Origin: Eremomyces bilateralis CBS 781.70
Lineage: Eukaryota
Assembly (NCBI GenBank): GCA_010015585.1
Contig: ML975158.1
Direction: 5' to 3' (one strand)
DNA: 64,000 nucleotides
How positions within the stretch are numbered: the first letter of the stretch is position 1; every line of letters starts with the position of its first letter. This document shows, in pieces, positions 36,258 to 47,882 of this stretch. The translations under genes and the position numbers were made by a program. The notes beneath the pieces are model-generated. The model made no database searches. It was not told the DNA's origin and worked only from the letters and a program-made list of their open reading frames with translations.

Positions 36258-39200
36258 TCAGGAAAGATCAAACCCAGCCCCCGAAAATGCAGCATACAGC
36301 ACCTTCTCCTTCATCGTCTGCTCGCTCGCATACCGCGGCAGCTTGAGCAGGTTCACGCACGTACTCGTGCTTGGCAGCCGATCCTGGTCATCGCCCGAGT
36401 CTCGGATGCTGAACCGGGGGTTCAAACTGCCGAAACCCAGCAACGGCGCGTTCGGTGTCGACGTCACGAATTTCAGCACCGCGCGTCGTTCGCCGTCGGA
36501 GAGGTCTTGCATGACTTTCCAAAAGAGCTCCACGGTCGGATGCTCCAGTCCATCATCGCCAATGACGTAGACGCCTCCGTATAAGGTATTGCGGCGGAGA
36601 TCAGAGATGTCAATCGAGGAACTGGTGCCTCCAAGAAGGGTTTGCAGTTCGGCTTGGTTGAACATGCCGAGCCAAGAGGGTTGAATGATGGTGCTGAGGC
36701 CGCGGAGGAAGGCATTGGTTTGTGGGCCTGGCTGGACTTGCAACCGATGTCGGGCGACGTAGGAGATATACTCCAATCTGTTCTGGTTGGTGACAGGAAT
36801 ATCGCTGCCACCGGGCTTGAGTTCGCGTTCGATGGCCTGGGCCTTGCCGGAGACAGAGATCTCATCCGTGATGGTAAAGTTGAGAGAAAATTCTTCGACG
36901 TTGCCTCGGTAATTTTTCAACTGTAGCAGGCCTTGGTAAAGGCTCTCATCCAGCTCACGCAGGTCGTTCAAGTTCGCACGATATCCAGACTCTTTAGGAG
37001 CCAAGCCCGATCCGCCTGTGAGAGCCCATTTGAGCAAAAAGAAACCAGCGAAGTTGACGTCGATGAGAATGCCCTCATACAAGCATTTGCCGATAATCCG
37101 TCCCAAGAACTCGTAATGTTGCAGGAGTTCTGAAATCTCTGCACGATAGTCCGAGGAGCCCTCCGGAACACCCATCGCTCTGAGGTGTGCCTTACGTTCT
37201 TCAAGGGATACTGGATTCGGGTGGAGGAGATGCTGGTCGTTCTCAATGAAGAGATGTGGACGCTCCTCGTTGCGGAATGCCTGACTGGTGACGCTGGTCA
37301 AGAACTCCTTCGTCACACCTCCACCATCGATGCCTGCCTCCACGCTCCCAAATTGGTCCACAAAGGTGATTTGGATCGGCTCTTTCAGGCCGTCTTTGAG
37401 CGGGTAAAATTGGTCGTACGCGTCTTCAAATTCGTGCTCGCGTCGGATCCTAGCGTGGTGTCGCTCTATTGTTTCATCCCGGAACATCCCATGCGTTACG
37501 GCCATTCGCCAGGATTCGGCATCCACATAGCCGTTCCGCCGCTTATGCTATGAATCGTTAAAAACGCCGCTGATCAATGGTTTACGGTTAACATACCTTG
37601 TCCAGAGTCACGAATTCCCGGAAAATCTGAACACGAGTCGTGAAGGGGGTGAAGAACGGCATATTTTGCAGGATCTCTAGTCGCGGCGTGACCGCTTGCA
37701 GGTATCTCCTCTTTGAAGCTTTCCGCTGCTGTCTCTTCAATCTTTCTTGCTGAATTGTCCGCTGTGTTCTGGCAGTGCCAATGAGATGATTGGCGTGTAT
37801 CTCATCATCACCAAATTGCAGGTCATCTTCGTCATCGCTTTCGATCTGGTGCCGGTTTTCCTCTTCCAAGACGACCGAGGAGATAAATCCGGACATATCG
37901 AACTTAGAGGTCATGAGCCAATGCCCTTTCTTGAGGAAGTTTCGCCGCGAATCCCGTTCGTACAGCATTCGCAACAGTGCCGTTACCAAGCCCCTGATAT
38001 GCTCGAGACTGAAGTCACTGATTCCACTAGCGGGTCGTTTACTCGATGGTCCCGTGCTTTTCGACGATGACGCGGGCGGTTGCGCAGAACCAATCCCAAA
38101 GAAAAGTCCGAGGTTCAGCTCATCTTCGTTGTGCTCGATAACATCTTCGATATCCTTGGCGTAAAAATTGAGAGCAAACCCCAAATTTTTGAGGAAAATC
38201 GTCAAGTCTCTGACTTCGTCCAACGCAAGTGCCATGTCGCGTCCGGGACCGGAAGACTTGTTACTCCACTTTGGTTCCGAATAGCCTGTGGAGAAGAATT
38301 CTTCATCATCCATGATCTTCAATACGAAGATGTAGAGCTCCATGAAGATCAGTATAACTCTCCATTCATCCGCAAGCCTCTGATCTATCTGTTCCTGGGA
38401 CTCGAACCGCGTGCTCTGCGATTTTAGTAGTGGAATTGCAGTCCGTGGTTCTTTCGATATCTGTTTAAAGATATGTGTGTGTTTTGTTGCGCTCCAGAAG
38501 TATTTGATCGCTGGCAAATCCCGCCTAGAGCCATCATCCGCGGCGATGGAGCCGGAACCAAGATATAGCCACATCCGGATCTCATCGGCTCGTTTGGGAA
38601 AGATACGGATGAGTGCTAAGGCGAACGCTGCAAATCTTCGCGCATTGGACGCAACGGTATCGGCGGCTGACTTAAATTTTGACCCGTCGAATGAGGCCGA
38701 CGTGTTCGACAGAAGGCCGCTTATGCTCTCCTGGTTAACCAAGGACAGCACCTGATCCCGGTAGAATTGGAATGAAATCTTCTCCTTAGCTGGACTTGGT
38801 GACTGGCTTCGATCCGTTTCATGTGCAAATCTCCTAAACTCCAGCAAGATAGGATGATCTGCAACGGATAATAATAGATTAGACACTACGGACACGAAGT
38901 CCTCGTTCGATGTGTATGCATGTGCATTGCGGAAGTCGTGCGTTTGGCGGTGGAAGTATATGAACAGAGAGAGGAGATTAAGTCTGCGATCAATGTCTGC
39001 GAGCTGGAGGTATCGTGTCCACCCGGAGACATCGACGGTCGATGAAAGCGCGCTCGCGAGCAATTTGTAATTTACGGAGCCTGACAATCGGTTCAGCCAG
39101 TCCCGCAACTGCGGATTTTCGGTCATTTTCGTCGAAGAGAGATACTCCAAGGCAAACGCCGCGTAGACTTCGAGAGTCTGGGCATTCATTTGGCGCAGAG

Positions 39201-39870
39201 GCAAAGCAACGGCGTTGAAGAACAGCCCTTCTCTCAGCGATTGTAAATCTTCAGAATCCAGTATCTCCTCCACAGCGGCCATTGTCTTATAGTACTCATC
39301 CGCAAGCGTTGCGTTCTCCGCTGGAATGCGCGTCGCAAGTGTCGATGCCGCGGAGAGCAGCACGTGCATATCATGGTACCGCTGCCGTTTAACAAAGCGC
39401 ATTAGGCCATCTAAAATGAGCTTTTGCAGCCGAAAAAGCGCAAATTTGAGAGGGCGTGTTAGTGGTTTGTCGTGAGAGTCATGAAGGCCTTCGCTCATGA
39501 ATCGTATTAACCGGCTGATATCGGCAGTCTCAAAGCAGTTCCAGAACAGCATCAGACGATTCAACTGTGATAGTGTAACCGATTCCCATTCTGCGGGATC
39601 GTTCGTCCAAATCGTGCCGTCATACTCCTCCCGCAACCTTTCCTTCGCCGCCCTTCGACTAGTGTGTCCTCTCCAGACCCGCTGTATCCGACTTACAGCA
39701 TTTTGTCTATCTCTTTCTCTCTGTCGTTGTATCCGTGCTTGTTCCGCACTCGCAAGAGCACTTCCTCCGGGCGCACCAAACCCTGGGGTGGCGGCAAACG
39801 GGTTCGTGTTTCGTCCGGAAAGGTTGACTTGACGTGGGCGTCTGCCTGATCCTGTGAAGGTCGGATGCAT
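36258..39870 (-). CDS. HUL5: IQ-motif HECT E3 ubiquitin ligase (Hul5/UBE3C family)
   Basis: N-terminal IQRVWRGH motif. HECT motifs EAGIDGGGVTKEFL, FLGRIIGKCLYEG and LPSTSTCVNLLKLP (catalytic Cys), ending in GAGFDLS. One intron, 37596-37548. Confidence 0.92.
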
Positions 39871-40379
39871 GTTTGGGAGGGTGTCGCGGCCGAGGTCGAG
39901 GATGGATGAGAACAGTTACGTTACGCCCGGTTCCGTCATTTACAATCGTTGAACCAAATGAGGATTCCGCAGTCTGTAGCTATTCTTGGAGACGTGATAT
40001 GTTCACGGCCGCGATGTTGCCTTCGTCCGTGTCAGAATCTAGAACCTTCGTCACGTACAGACTAGACCAATGAGGAATTAGTGCATACCTCGCATTCGTC
40101 GCTCTTTAGAACCATTAACATGTTATGTTTGAAGGAGGTATCATTTACAATCGCGATAACTGGAAGATGTAGCTATCTCAAGCTCGACCTTTGTAAAGGG
40201 CGGAGGACTGCAGCGGAGGTGCTCGGCAGGGCGGAATTCAAATGACGGAATATGGCCACGGATCGCTCCACTCCACCCAATCAGCAACATCCCGACGATC
40301 CAGCTTATTTCAACCTCGAACAAAGGTTTATAATACAGACATCTTTCTACACTAATTAACGAATTCAAGTCTTAACTTG

Positions 40380-40407
40380 GTTAGTTAACTAGTTAGTTAG
40401 TTAACTA
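40380..40407. repeat. Low-complexity GTTA/TAAC repeat
   Basis: gttagttaactagttagttagttaacta. Confidence 0.55.
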
Positions 40408-40628
40408 TCAGTTTTACCAATATGATAGATCACATCGAGGCTATCTAATGCTTCATACTATCCGTCACTTCCGCGGGCAACCTGATAAGCCAGGATGCAT
40501 CGCTATGAACAGGTGCAACCCTTTTGAAACCAATAAATCTTGCAAGGAGCCACCATGATTTTATGACCATCTGGGAGATCGACCAAGCCTCCAATCCTTC
40601 AGAAAAGTCACCATGAACACATCCATAG

Positions 40629-42791
40629 TTACAGATCCTTCCTGACGTACTCCACCGGTCCAACGTATATGTGTCTCCCTTTGACCCAGAAAAAAACCAG
40701 GGAGAATATCATTACGCATCCGTAGATCAGTATGCTCCAATTCATATGATCTGGGCTTGGATTCGGTTCGGCGGGGAAGAAGGAAAATATGTATACAACC
40801 AGGAGGAACGAGACCGCTGTGATGTTGAGAGGCAGGCCGTATTTGCCCAGACTGAAGTGACGCTTTAAGAGTGCCTGCTTTCGCAGACGCTTCAAGCAGA
40901 CGCATGATATGGAGACGATATACGACGAGATTAGAGCGCTGACGCCCAAGGAAATGATCTGATTCAATGCCACCGTCGAACCGATGTTTATGAGGGAGAG
41001 CAGAGACGTCACGCCGAGCGTGAATATAATGGCGTTGAAGGGAATTTCCCATTTGACCTATAGTTCGATCAATGCCGCACGACACAGTTCGGGTCGGTCC
41101 CACTTACCGTGGAAAAAATTTCCGGGTATGGGATCGCATGATCTCGTGCGAATGCAAAGAGTTGGCGTGACGCAGTGGCCATATTCGTCATGCAGCAGCA
41201 GGTGGAGAGGACGATCATGATGCTAGTCATCCCCGTTGCTGCTGCGATCGACTGCGTTCCGTCCGCGAATACCTGCACTCGGTGAGCCTCATCGGCGGTA
41301 CATATACGCGTATCAATCACATACCTGGATAAAGGGGTATCCTGTCGGGGTGGCAAGGACATGTTCAATGTTGCCAAGGCAGAACAAGAACGTTAGAAGC
41401 ATCCCAAACCCGAAGAGTCCGTTGAATATTATCGTGGCTATCATAGCCTTCGGTAGCGTCGCTGATGCATGTTGTAGCTCCTCAGACATATGAGTGGCGG
41501 CATCGGATCCAAGGAGTGACACGGTTGGTGTAAGGATTCCAACAAGGCACGACAACCCGACACTCCCCCAACCGTTATCGTTGAAATCGGTAAACACTGC
41601 TTCAGCCTTTCTTCTTGGCGATAGGACCAGGAGAGGGATCATGATCGCGAAGAAGCCAAGAACATGCAGGATGAGAATGCATCCTTCAACGAGAGGCAGT
41701 TTTCGTGCGAAGAACGTATTGAAGATGCAGCACACTGATGCGACCGCGATGGTGAGCAGCGTCCCATGCCATCTCTGGAAGACGTAGGTATCCGGGTAAT
41801 TGAGGGCGATCAGCCCCTGAATTTCAGTTCCGGCAAGAAAGGCACTCGCGGCACTCCCCGTTTGCCAGCCAAGGACCGATAGCCACCCGACCTGAGGTGA
41901 TTGTTAGGGTGCCAACCGTCAAATTGATGGCGATATAATAGCTTCCTGTGCAGAGGCACACTACTATCACTCACCACATAGCTAAGAAACCGTTGAGCAC
42001 GCCTGGGGGCGAATTCGGAAACCCAATGGTATTGTCCTCCAGCAGTAGGTGCCCTTTCAACCTAATTGTTAGCACTGACATGTCCGAGTAAGCGACTGAC
42101 CCACATTGAACCCATCTCAGCCATCGACAACACGACTGTTGAAAAACCACATGCCGTAGCGATGTACATATAGATAAGGCCTGCACTCCCTCCATTGAAG
42201 AGGCCAAATGCTGCCGTTCTGTGTGTGTTAAGTATTAGTATCGATTGAAATAGCAATTTGCGAACCACTGATTGTCTGAAGACTAGGTACGGCGTTTGAT
42301 ACCAGAGAATCACATCAGAAATGGAGAAAGGATTGACAAATTAACAAAACATATAGCAAGAAAAGAAATATCGCGCCTTCAGCGAGCCTAATTGCATTGA
42401 AGAGTAGTTGTTCATACTTACCCAAGTTGGGTCTCCCATGTGCTCAGCAAAATCATAGAAAATCTGCGACGTCAATACTTTGACCCAATATCCATTGACA
42501 GTATCTGTCATACCCAAAAATAGAGAAGAACCCAAAGTTACGCTTTGAGAATGTCAGAATTGGCAATGAGATGGTTTCTGTCTGCACTACTCACTCTCAA
42601 CTTCTGAATCTTTCCCATGCGCTGTCAAGAATTCTATATCAGTATCCTATCAACCCCTAATTGATGTCACTGGGGCTTACCAGCATATCATGTTGATCGT
42701 CGGCTGTTCCCAACTTCTCCGATACGATGGCGCCATCATGGACACCTTCGATATCGTGAATACCGAATATCGTCTTGTTGGCGTTTGCCAT
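40629..42791 (-). CDS. APC-superfamily amino-acid permease (GABA/choline transporter, ACT family), many introns
   Basis: Spliced reading gives RMGKIQKLR, RNFGFFSIFGFSMILLSTWE, NGGSAGLIY, MAEMGSMAPTAGGQYHWVSEFAP, GSDAATHMSEE, ASRQLFAFARD, FSLGKYG and MNWS. Confidence 0.9.
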
Positions 42792-44609
42792 CGTCGAGTG
42801 TCAATGCAACTGCTCAGACCCTCGGGTTCGATAATGTCGGGGAACAGGTAATGAGTCGGTTAGTTGCGAGAGGAGTGTATTGGATCCGACAACCTGGGTC
42901 AAGGTTGGACGTCCTCATGCCAGGTTAAATCGTCTCGATTTCGGCCACGACAAGATCAATCGAACTGGACGACTCAGCTCTGGGGTATCGGCTGCCGAGC
43001 AGGTGGCTGCAGTGGGCCTTCAAAGGAGATGTCGTACAGTCGTCTTGGCCCTATTGGGCAAATGCCTGACGGAATGGACTTAACCACGCTTGCAGACAAA
43101 GCCCAAGGAAGAGGATCGACAGGGCGAGGGATGATTGGGAGTGAAACCAGTCGCCAGGACAGGGCCAGACGATCGCGATGCGAGATCAGAGGTACGAACC
43201 AGTGATACCGCGGTGAATGGGGCTGCTCTCAGTTTTCAGTGCCTCTAGCCGATCCACAAGAGGCATGAGGAAGTACGACACTCACCGTTGTAGAGGGTAC
43301 TCGCAGATACTTTCTCGCAGATGCACGTCAACGGCGCAGATTCTCCAATTCTCCGTGTACCCGGCTCTGGTGATGCGGTGGAAATGCACTTAATGCAGCG
43401 TAATATTCCTCCCTACCTTCCTTTTTCCTACTGACCTCTTTTGCGCAAATCTGGAATGACACACGGCACGATAGTGTGACCGCCATACTCCCCGCTCCGT
43501 GGCCCGTTCCGGGGCATACTGTATAATCTCGCATAGATGGGACACTTCCACCTTTCCGATCGTAAGACGTTAATTGGCTGTATTCCTCTGTCAGCACCGT
43601 TAATCATACTCAAGCGCTTGAATTCATCCAACCAAGTCTCGTCGAGCAAAGTGGAAATGTCCCATCTGTGTGAGTTTATATGGTACACAAGAGCCAGGAA
43701 TGTATCCGGTCGAGATTTCATCCCGTGCTTCCGCCCACTATCATATTCTCCGAGGCAAACGGAAGACATCTCACGCATTCCAACAAGGAAGACATCTCCC
43801 GCGGAAACGGGCTCCTTTTGGGGTCAAAGAACACAAACGGTGGCACAAGTGTGTAAGAGTTGAACCAAGGGGGTACAAGAACACCAAGAGTTGACCTGTC
43901 ACGACGGTAGCTTGCCACGGCTCAGCGTCACACGAAGCGTTTCGGGGCTGCATAAAACCAGGTTATAATCGAGAACAAGAAGATCTATTGCTAATGCACA
44001 CTCGGCAAATTAGCGACAAGTCACCATTCAGCGAAACAAGCAGCGGTAACTAGCCCAAAGCAGTGCGAAGCAGTTGGGATGATGAAATACACAAAGATTT
44101 GATATTTCCTCACGATGGTCGGACGATGTCGTTCGGGAACATTTCAGAACGTCCCACTGACCAAGTCTATTGTGAACACAATTCTCTCACCGATGCGAGA
44201 TAGCGCCATGAATTGTGCCACCGCCCGTCGGGCCAAATCTCCAACGCGGTGTCCTGTCAGCAATCCGCTGTGTAATCTGAATGCCACTGCGCTGTTGCGA
44301 CAAATGCTGCCAACATACTTGACTTGGCCATGCGTCCGTCTGGATCCAATCTTGATTTGGGTGTGCTCCAGCAGCCATCAAAGCAGCAATCAAAGCAGCA
44401 TTGAAAGGGTGTGGAATGACAACTCCTGTTGACTCGAACGACTGCATCCGACTCAGCCGCCCATGTACCGGACATCGTGAAGTGCATCCCGAGCACCACA
44501 GGACATATTTTTTACGGCTCACGGCGACTCGGAACTCCGTCGGCCGGCGACGCCCATCTTTCCCGGCCGCTCCTCAAGGGATTTCTGGATGGACCAAGCC
44601 ACATAAGCT

Positions 44610-45929
44610 ATGGCATCCGTTGGCGATGCAGTGGATGTAACGCGCTTCTCGCCGATAACCGAATTCGACAAAGCGGGGATTGTCTGGATATTGGCTCTTC
44701 TGGGAGGGGTATACACGCTACTCACACTGTTCGTGAGATGGTTCATTAAACGCGACACGTTTGGGAGCGATGACTGGACCTTTGTTGGGACGACGGTAAG
44801 CAATCATATCAGTGCCCCTCTGGCGGAAAGTATTGACGGAATTTAGCTCTTCGCGGTCGGGGCATTCCTGCCAACATATATCGCGCTCTCCAGGGGCTTA
44901 GCCAAGTCCGAGAGCATCCTCAGCGAGCGCACGTTAATCACGATCGGAAGGATCGGACGGGTGAGATTTCGAGATCGTCCGAGACGCAAAATGCTAACCC
45001 CTTGCAGCCCTACCTTACATCTCAGATCTTCTTCATCCTCACGATCGCCTTGGCGAAATGCTCCGTCATACTCCTGATTCGAAGGCTCTTCTCGTTGGAT
45101 ATGGAGAGCCATCGACGCTGGTGTCATATCATGCTTGTGGTGGTCAGCGTCTGGGGTCTCGCATCGGTTCTTGCCCTATCAATCGATTGCGGCCCGAGAC
45201 AGGTTCTTGGGATCGGTGGATCATTCTGCTCGAACCAGGTTAGTTGGTGCAAGGGGGAAAATAAGTCGACCTTGGCCGCTAACGCAGCCTTCATAGTACC
45301 TCCGGTGGCAATTGGTAGGCGCATTCGACGCCATCACCGAATTGCTGACGTTCTGCCTGTCTTTCGCCCTCATCCACCGTCTCCAGATGAAACTCCACCT
45401 CCGAGTTCGCGTCATCCTGGCATTCGTTTTCCGTGTGCCACTCATTGCCATAGCGATCCTGAATATCCATTTGGTGCAGGGATGGACTACAAGCTTGGAT
45501 CCAGGAGTTGCCATCGCGGCACCGTTGGTATGCCAACTGGTAGAACTGGCATACTCGCTCATCTCAGCAACGATTCCAAACCTGAAATCGTTCCTCATGA
45601 GCTTCGACACTGCCTGGATGATGGAGGTGGGCACTTCATCCAAACCCATCCCCTATAGCAACCAAACACCGCCCGAGGAGTATCAACTAGATTCGTTCCC
45701 TAACTCTCCACGCCATGCCCCTGGACTATCGGGCCTTCGGATTGACCCGGAGCATCTGACGCTTCGTCCCGAAAGTCTGGAACATATTGCTGCGGTGCAG
45801 CACCCCGCGAGTGAACGGACGGGGTCTCGGGAAGGGTCGTTTGCAAGTACCAATTCTCGAGAGCGCATCATTCGCTGCGAACATCGGTGGAAGATTCAAT
45901 ACGGTCAACAACCGCAGGACGGTTCATGA
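44610..45929 (+). CDS. PTH11-like integral membrane protein (fungal rhodopsin domain, no CFEM)
   Basis: Inferred exons 44610-44795, 44847-44960, 45008-45238 and 45297-45929. About seven hydrophobic segments with motifs GSDDW, LAKCSV, AFVFR and SATIPNLKSF. Confidence 0.8.
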
Positions 45930-46091
45930 ATGCCAGGCGTTTTGATTTGGCGGTTCAAGAGGTTCTATTGAACTCGAGTACAGACAAGATAACGGAAGCA
46001 TATGCACATCTGACTTTAAATCTTTGTCGCCCGAGTAGTATGGATTAGGCTTTGACTTCGAAAATCAGACATTGAGAACTCGAGGACGGCA

Positions 46092-46796
46092 TCAGTGAGG
46101 GTCTTTGAAGAAGATGACGCCTCCCTTAACTTCACTCAACGGGTTATTTTCTCCTTCCGTAATTTTGCACAGTTCGACATCGAATCCGCATTTGCGGTAG
46201 AATTGCTCGCTGCCGTCCGACGTGATGACACCGGCAGAGATCCCCTCATCTTGAGCCTTCTGCAGGCCCCATCGAACCAGCTCCCTTCCATAGCCTTTCC
46301 CGTGCCCATCAGGATGCACACCGAGTGTGCTCAGCTTCCATCCATCGCTTCGGACGCCCACCAAATGTCGCGTGAAAAACGGCGCAGCGCGGCTAGATGC
46401 ATCCAGTCGATCCGGGACTGCTGCTCGGTTTGGCCACATCCATTCTTCTATGCGATTCCACACCTTCACCAGCGGCGCAACCAACCGTCGAGGATCCCAC
46501 CACGAGAGTCCCAATCCCAAACCCATCTTGAGTCCTAATGCGCTTGGACGACCAACCCGTCCCCATTCCGCCGCGCCGGTGATTCGACCGTCCTGATCGA
46601 CGGAGACGATGAGGCAGTTTCGGTAGTCCCAGAATGCAGCGCGGACTTTCCGGCGCCAGTAGTGGAGAACCGAGTCGGGGTATTGCTCGCGATAGGGATG
46701 CACGAAGCGGCCGCTGTAATCTTCGTCCCAGAACGCCGCGGTGAAGATGTGGGATATGGCGTCGAGGTCCCGGTGTGTTGCGTATCGGATGGGCAT
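46092..46796 (-). CDS. GNAT-family N-acetyltransferase
   Basis: MPIRYATHRD start, acetyl-CoA motif A LGVHPDGHGKGYGRELV, and FYRKCGF. Confidence 0.88.
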   Translation of the reverse strand: MPIRYATHRDLDAISHIFTAAFWDEDYSGRFVHPYREQYPDSVLHYWRRKVRAAFWDYRNCLIVSVDQDGRITGAAEWGRVGRPSALGLKMGLGLGLSWWDPRRLVAPLVKVWNRIEEWMWPNRAAVPDRLDASSRAAPFFTRHLVGVRSDGWKLSTLGVHPDGHGKGYGRELVRWGLQKAQDEGISAGVITSDGSEQFYRKCGFDVELCKITEGENNPLSEVKGGVIFFKDPH

Positions 46797-47882
46797 GATG
46801 AAGAATGACTTGGAAAGCGACAAGGCGTAAAAATGGACCGAGGAAATCCGAATTTCTCAGCACCAAGCCAGAGATCCAGGAGAAGAAATGGTTGAGATAG
46901 ACTTAAAACGCAGAATTCAACGATCGGACTCGACTTCGCCTATCTTATTGACTCTGACTCAACCTTAAGAGCTTTATGCTAGGTAAGGTAAAGGTACCTT
47001 ATGTTGCATTGAGCTGTGGGGTTTTAAGAATACGTGCAGGAAATCATCTCACGTTTGGTGGCACCTGATCGTATCACCCATTGAAACATGGGAACTCTAT
47101 TCCCAGTTCCCACGATACATAAACGCATTTCCCGGGAAGTTATTTCGCATTCTGTACGGAGTACGGAGGTCCATTTCAAAAGTTATTGCTCGCCAAGAAG
47201 GGGCTTGATTATATAAGCCGTTCGAAAGCCTATAGCACGGGCAGTAGGGTGTCTAGCCAACGGGCGGGTACTACGCGCGGTAAATCGAATGCCTGGCGCC
47301 CTTGCCTCGAATTAGGCTCTATAAGATCTAAAATAAATGCCCAGTTGATAGGCAGTCCAGTGCCCGTAGCATAGGCTCTCGAAACTGCTTATATAATCAC
47401 GCCACTTCCTTGGCGAGCAATAACTTTTGAAATAGACCTCCGTACGGAGTACGGAATACCAATGTATGGAATACGCACCATGCAGATCGAAAGTCGATGA
47501 TTCGTTCGTTGTGAAAGGAGAAGATCGAGGGAGTATCAGACCCTCGGTGTATATAAGGTGGCTGGTGTAATCAGCAATGTCACTGAATCATGCCAGCTCC
47601 CGACTCCTATGTAGTCTGGTTGCTTGTTTGGTTCCGGTGGTTGGTGCCCCGCATTGGAGACAAGGAGCTGCCGGGAGGGGATCCGGACTAGTCCGCTTTC
47701 AACCCCGACTTCAGAACGCGCCTCGTCGTCATATCATGGTCGCAATATCGCCATGTTTCGCTCCACTCAGCTTCTTTCTCCCAATCATTTTACCATCGCT
47801 GTGGAACATCCGAATAATTTATCTTCTAGGAATCTATCGTTCAAGCCATGCGCGCGGTTTTCGCGCCCTGGCCTTGTGGGTG

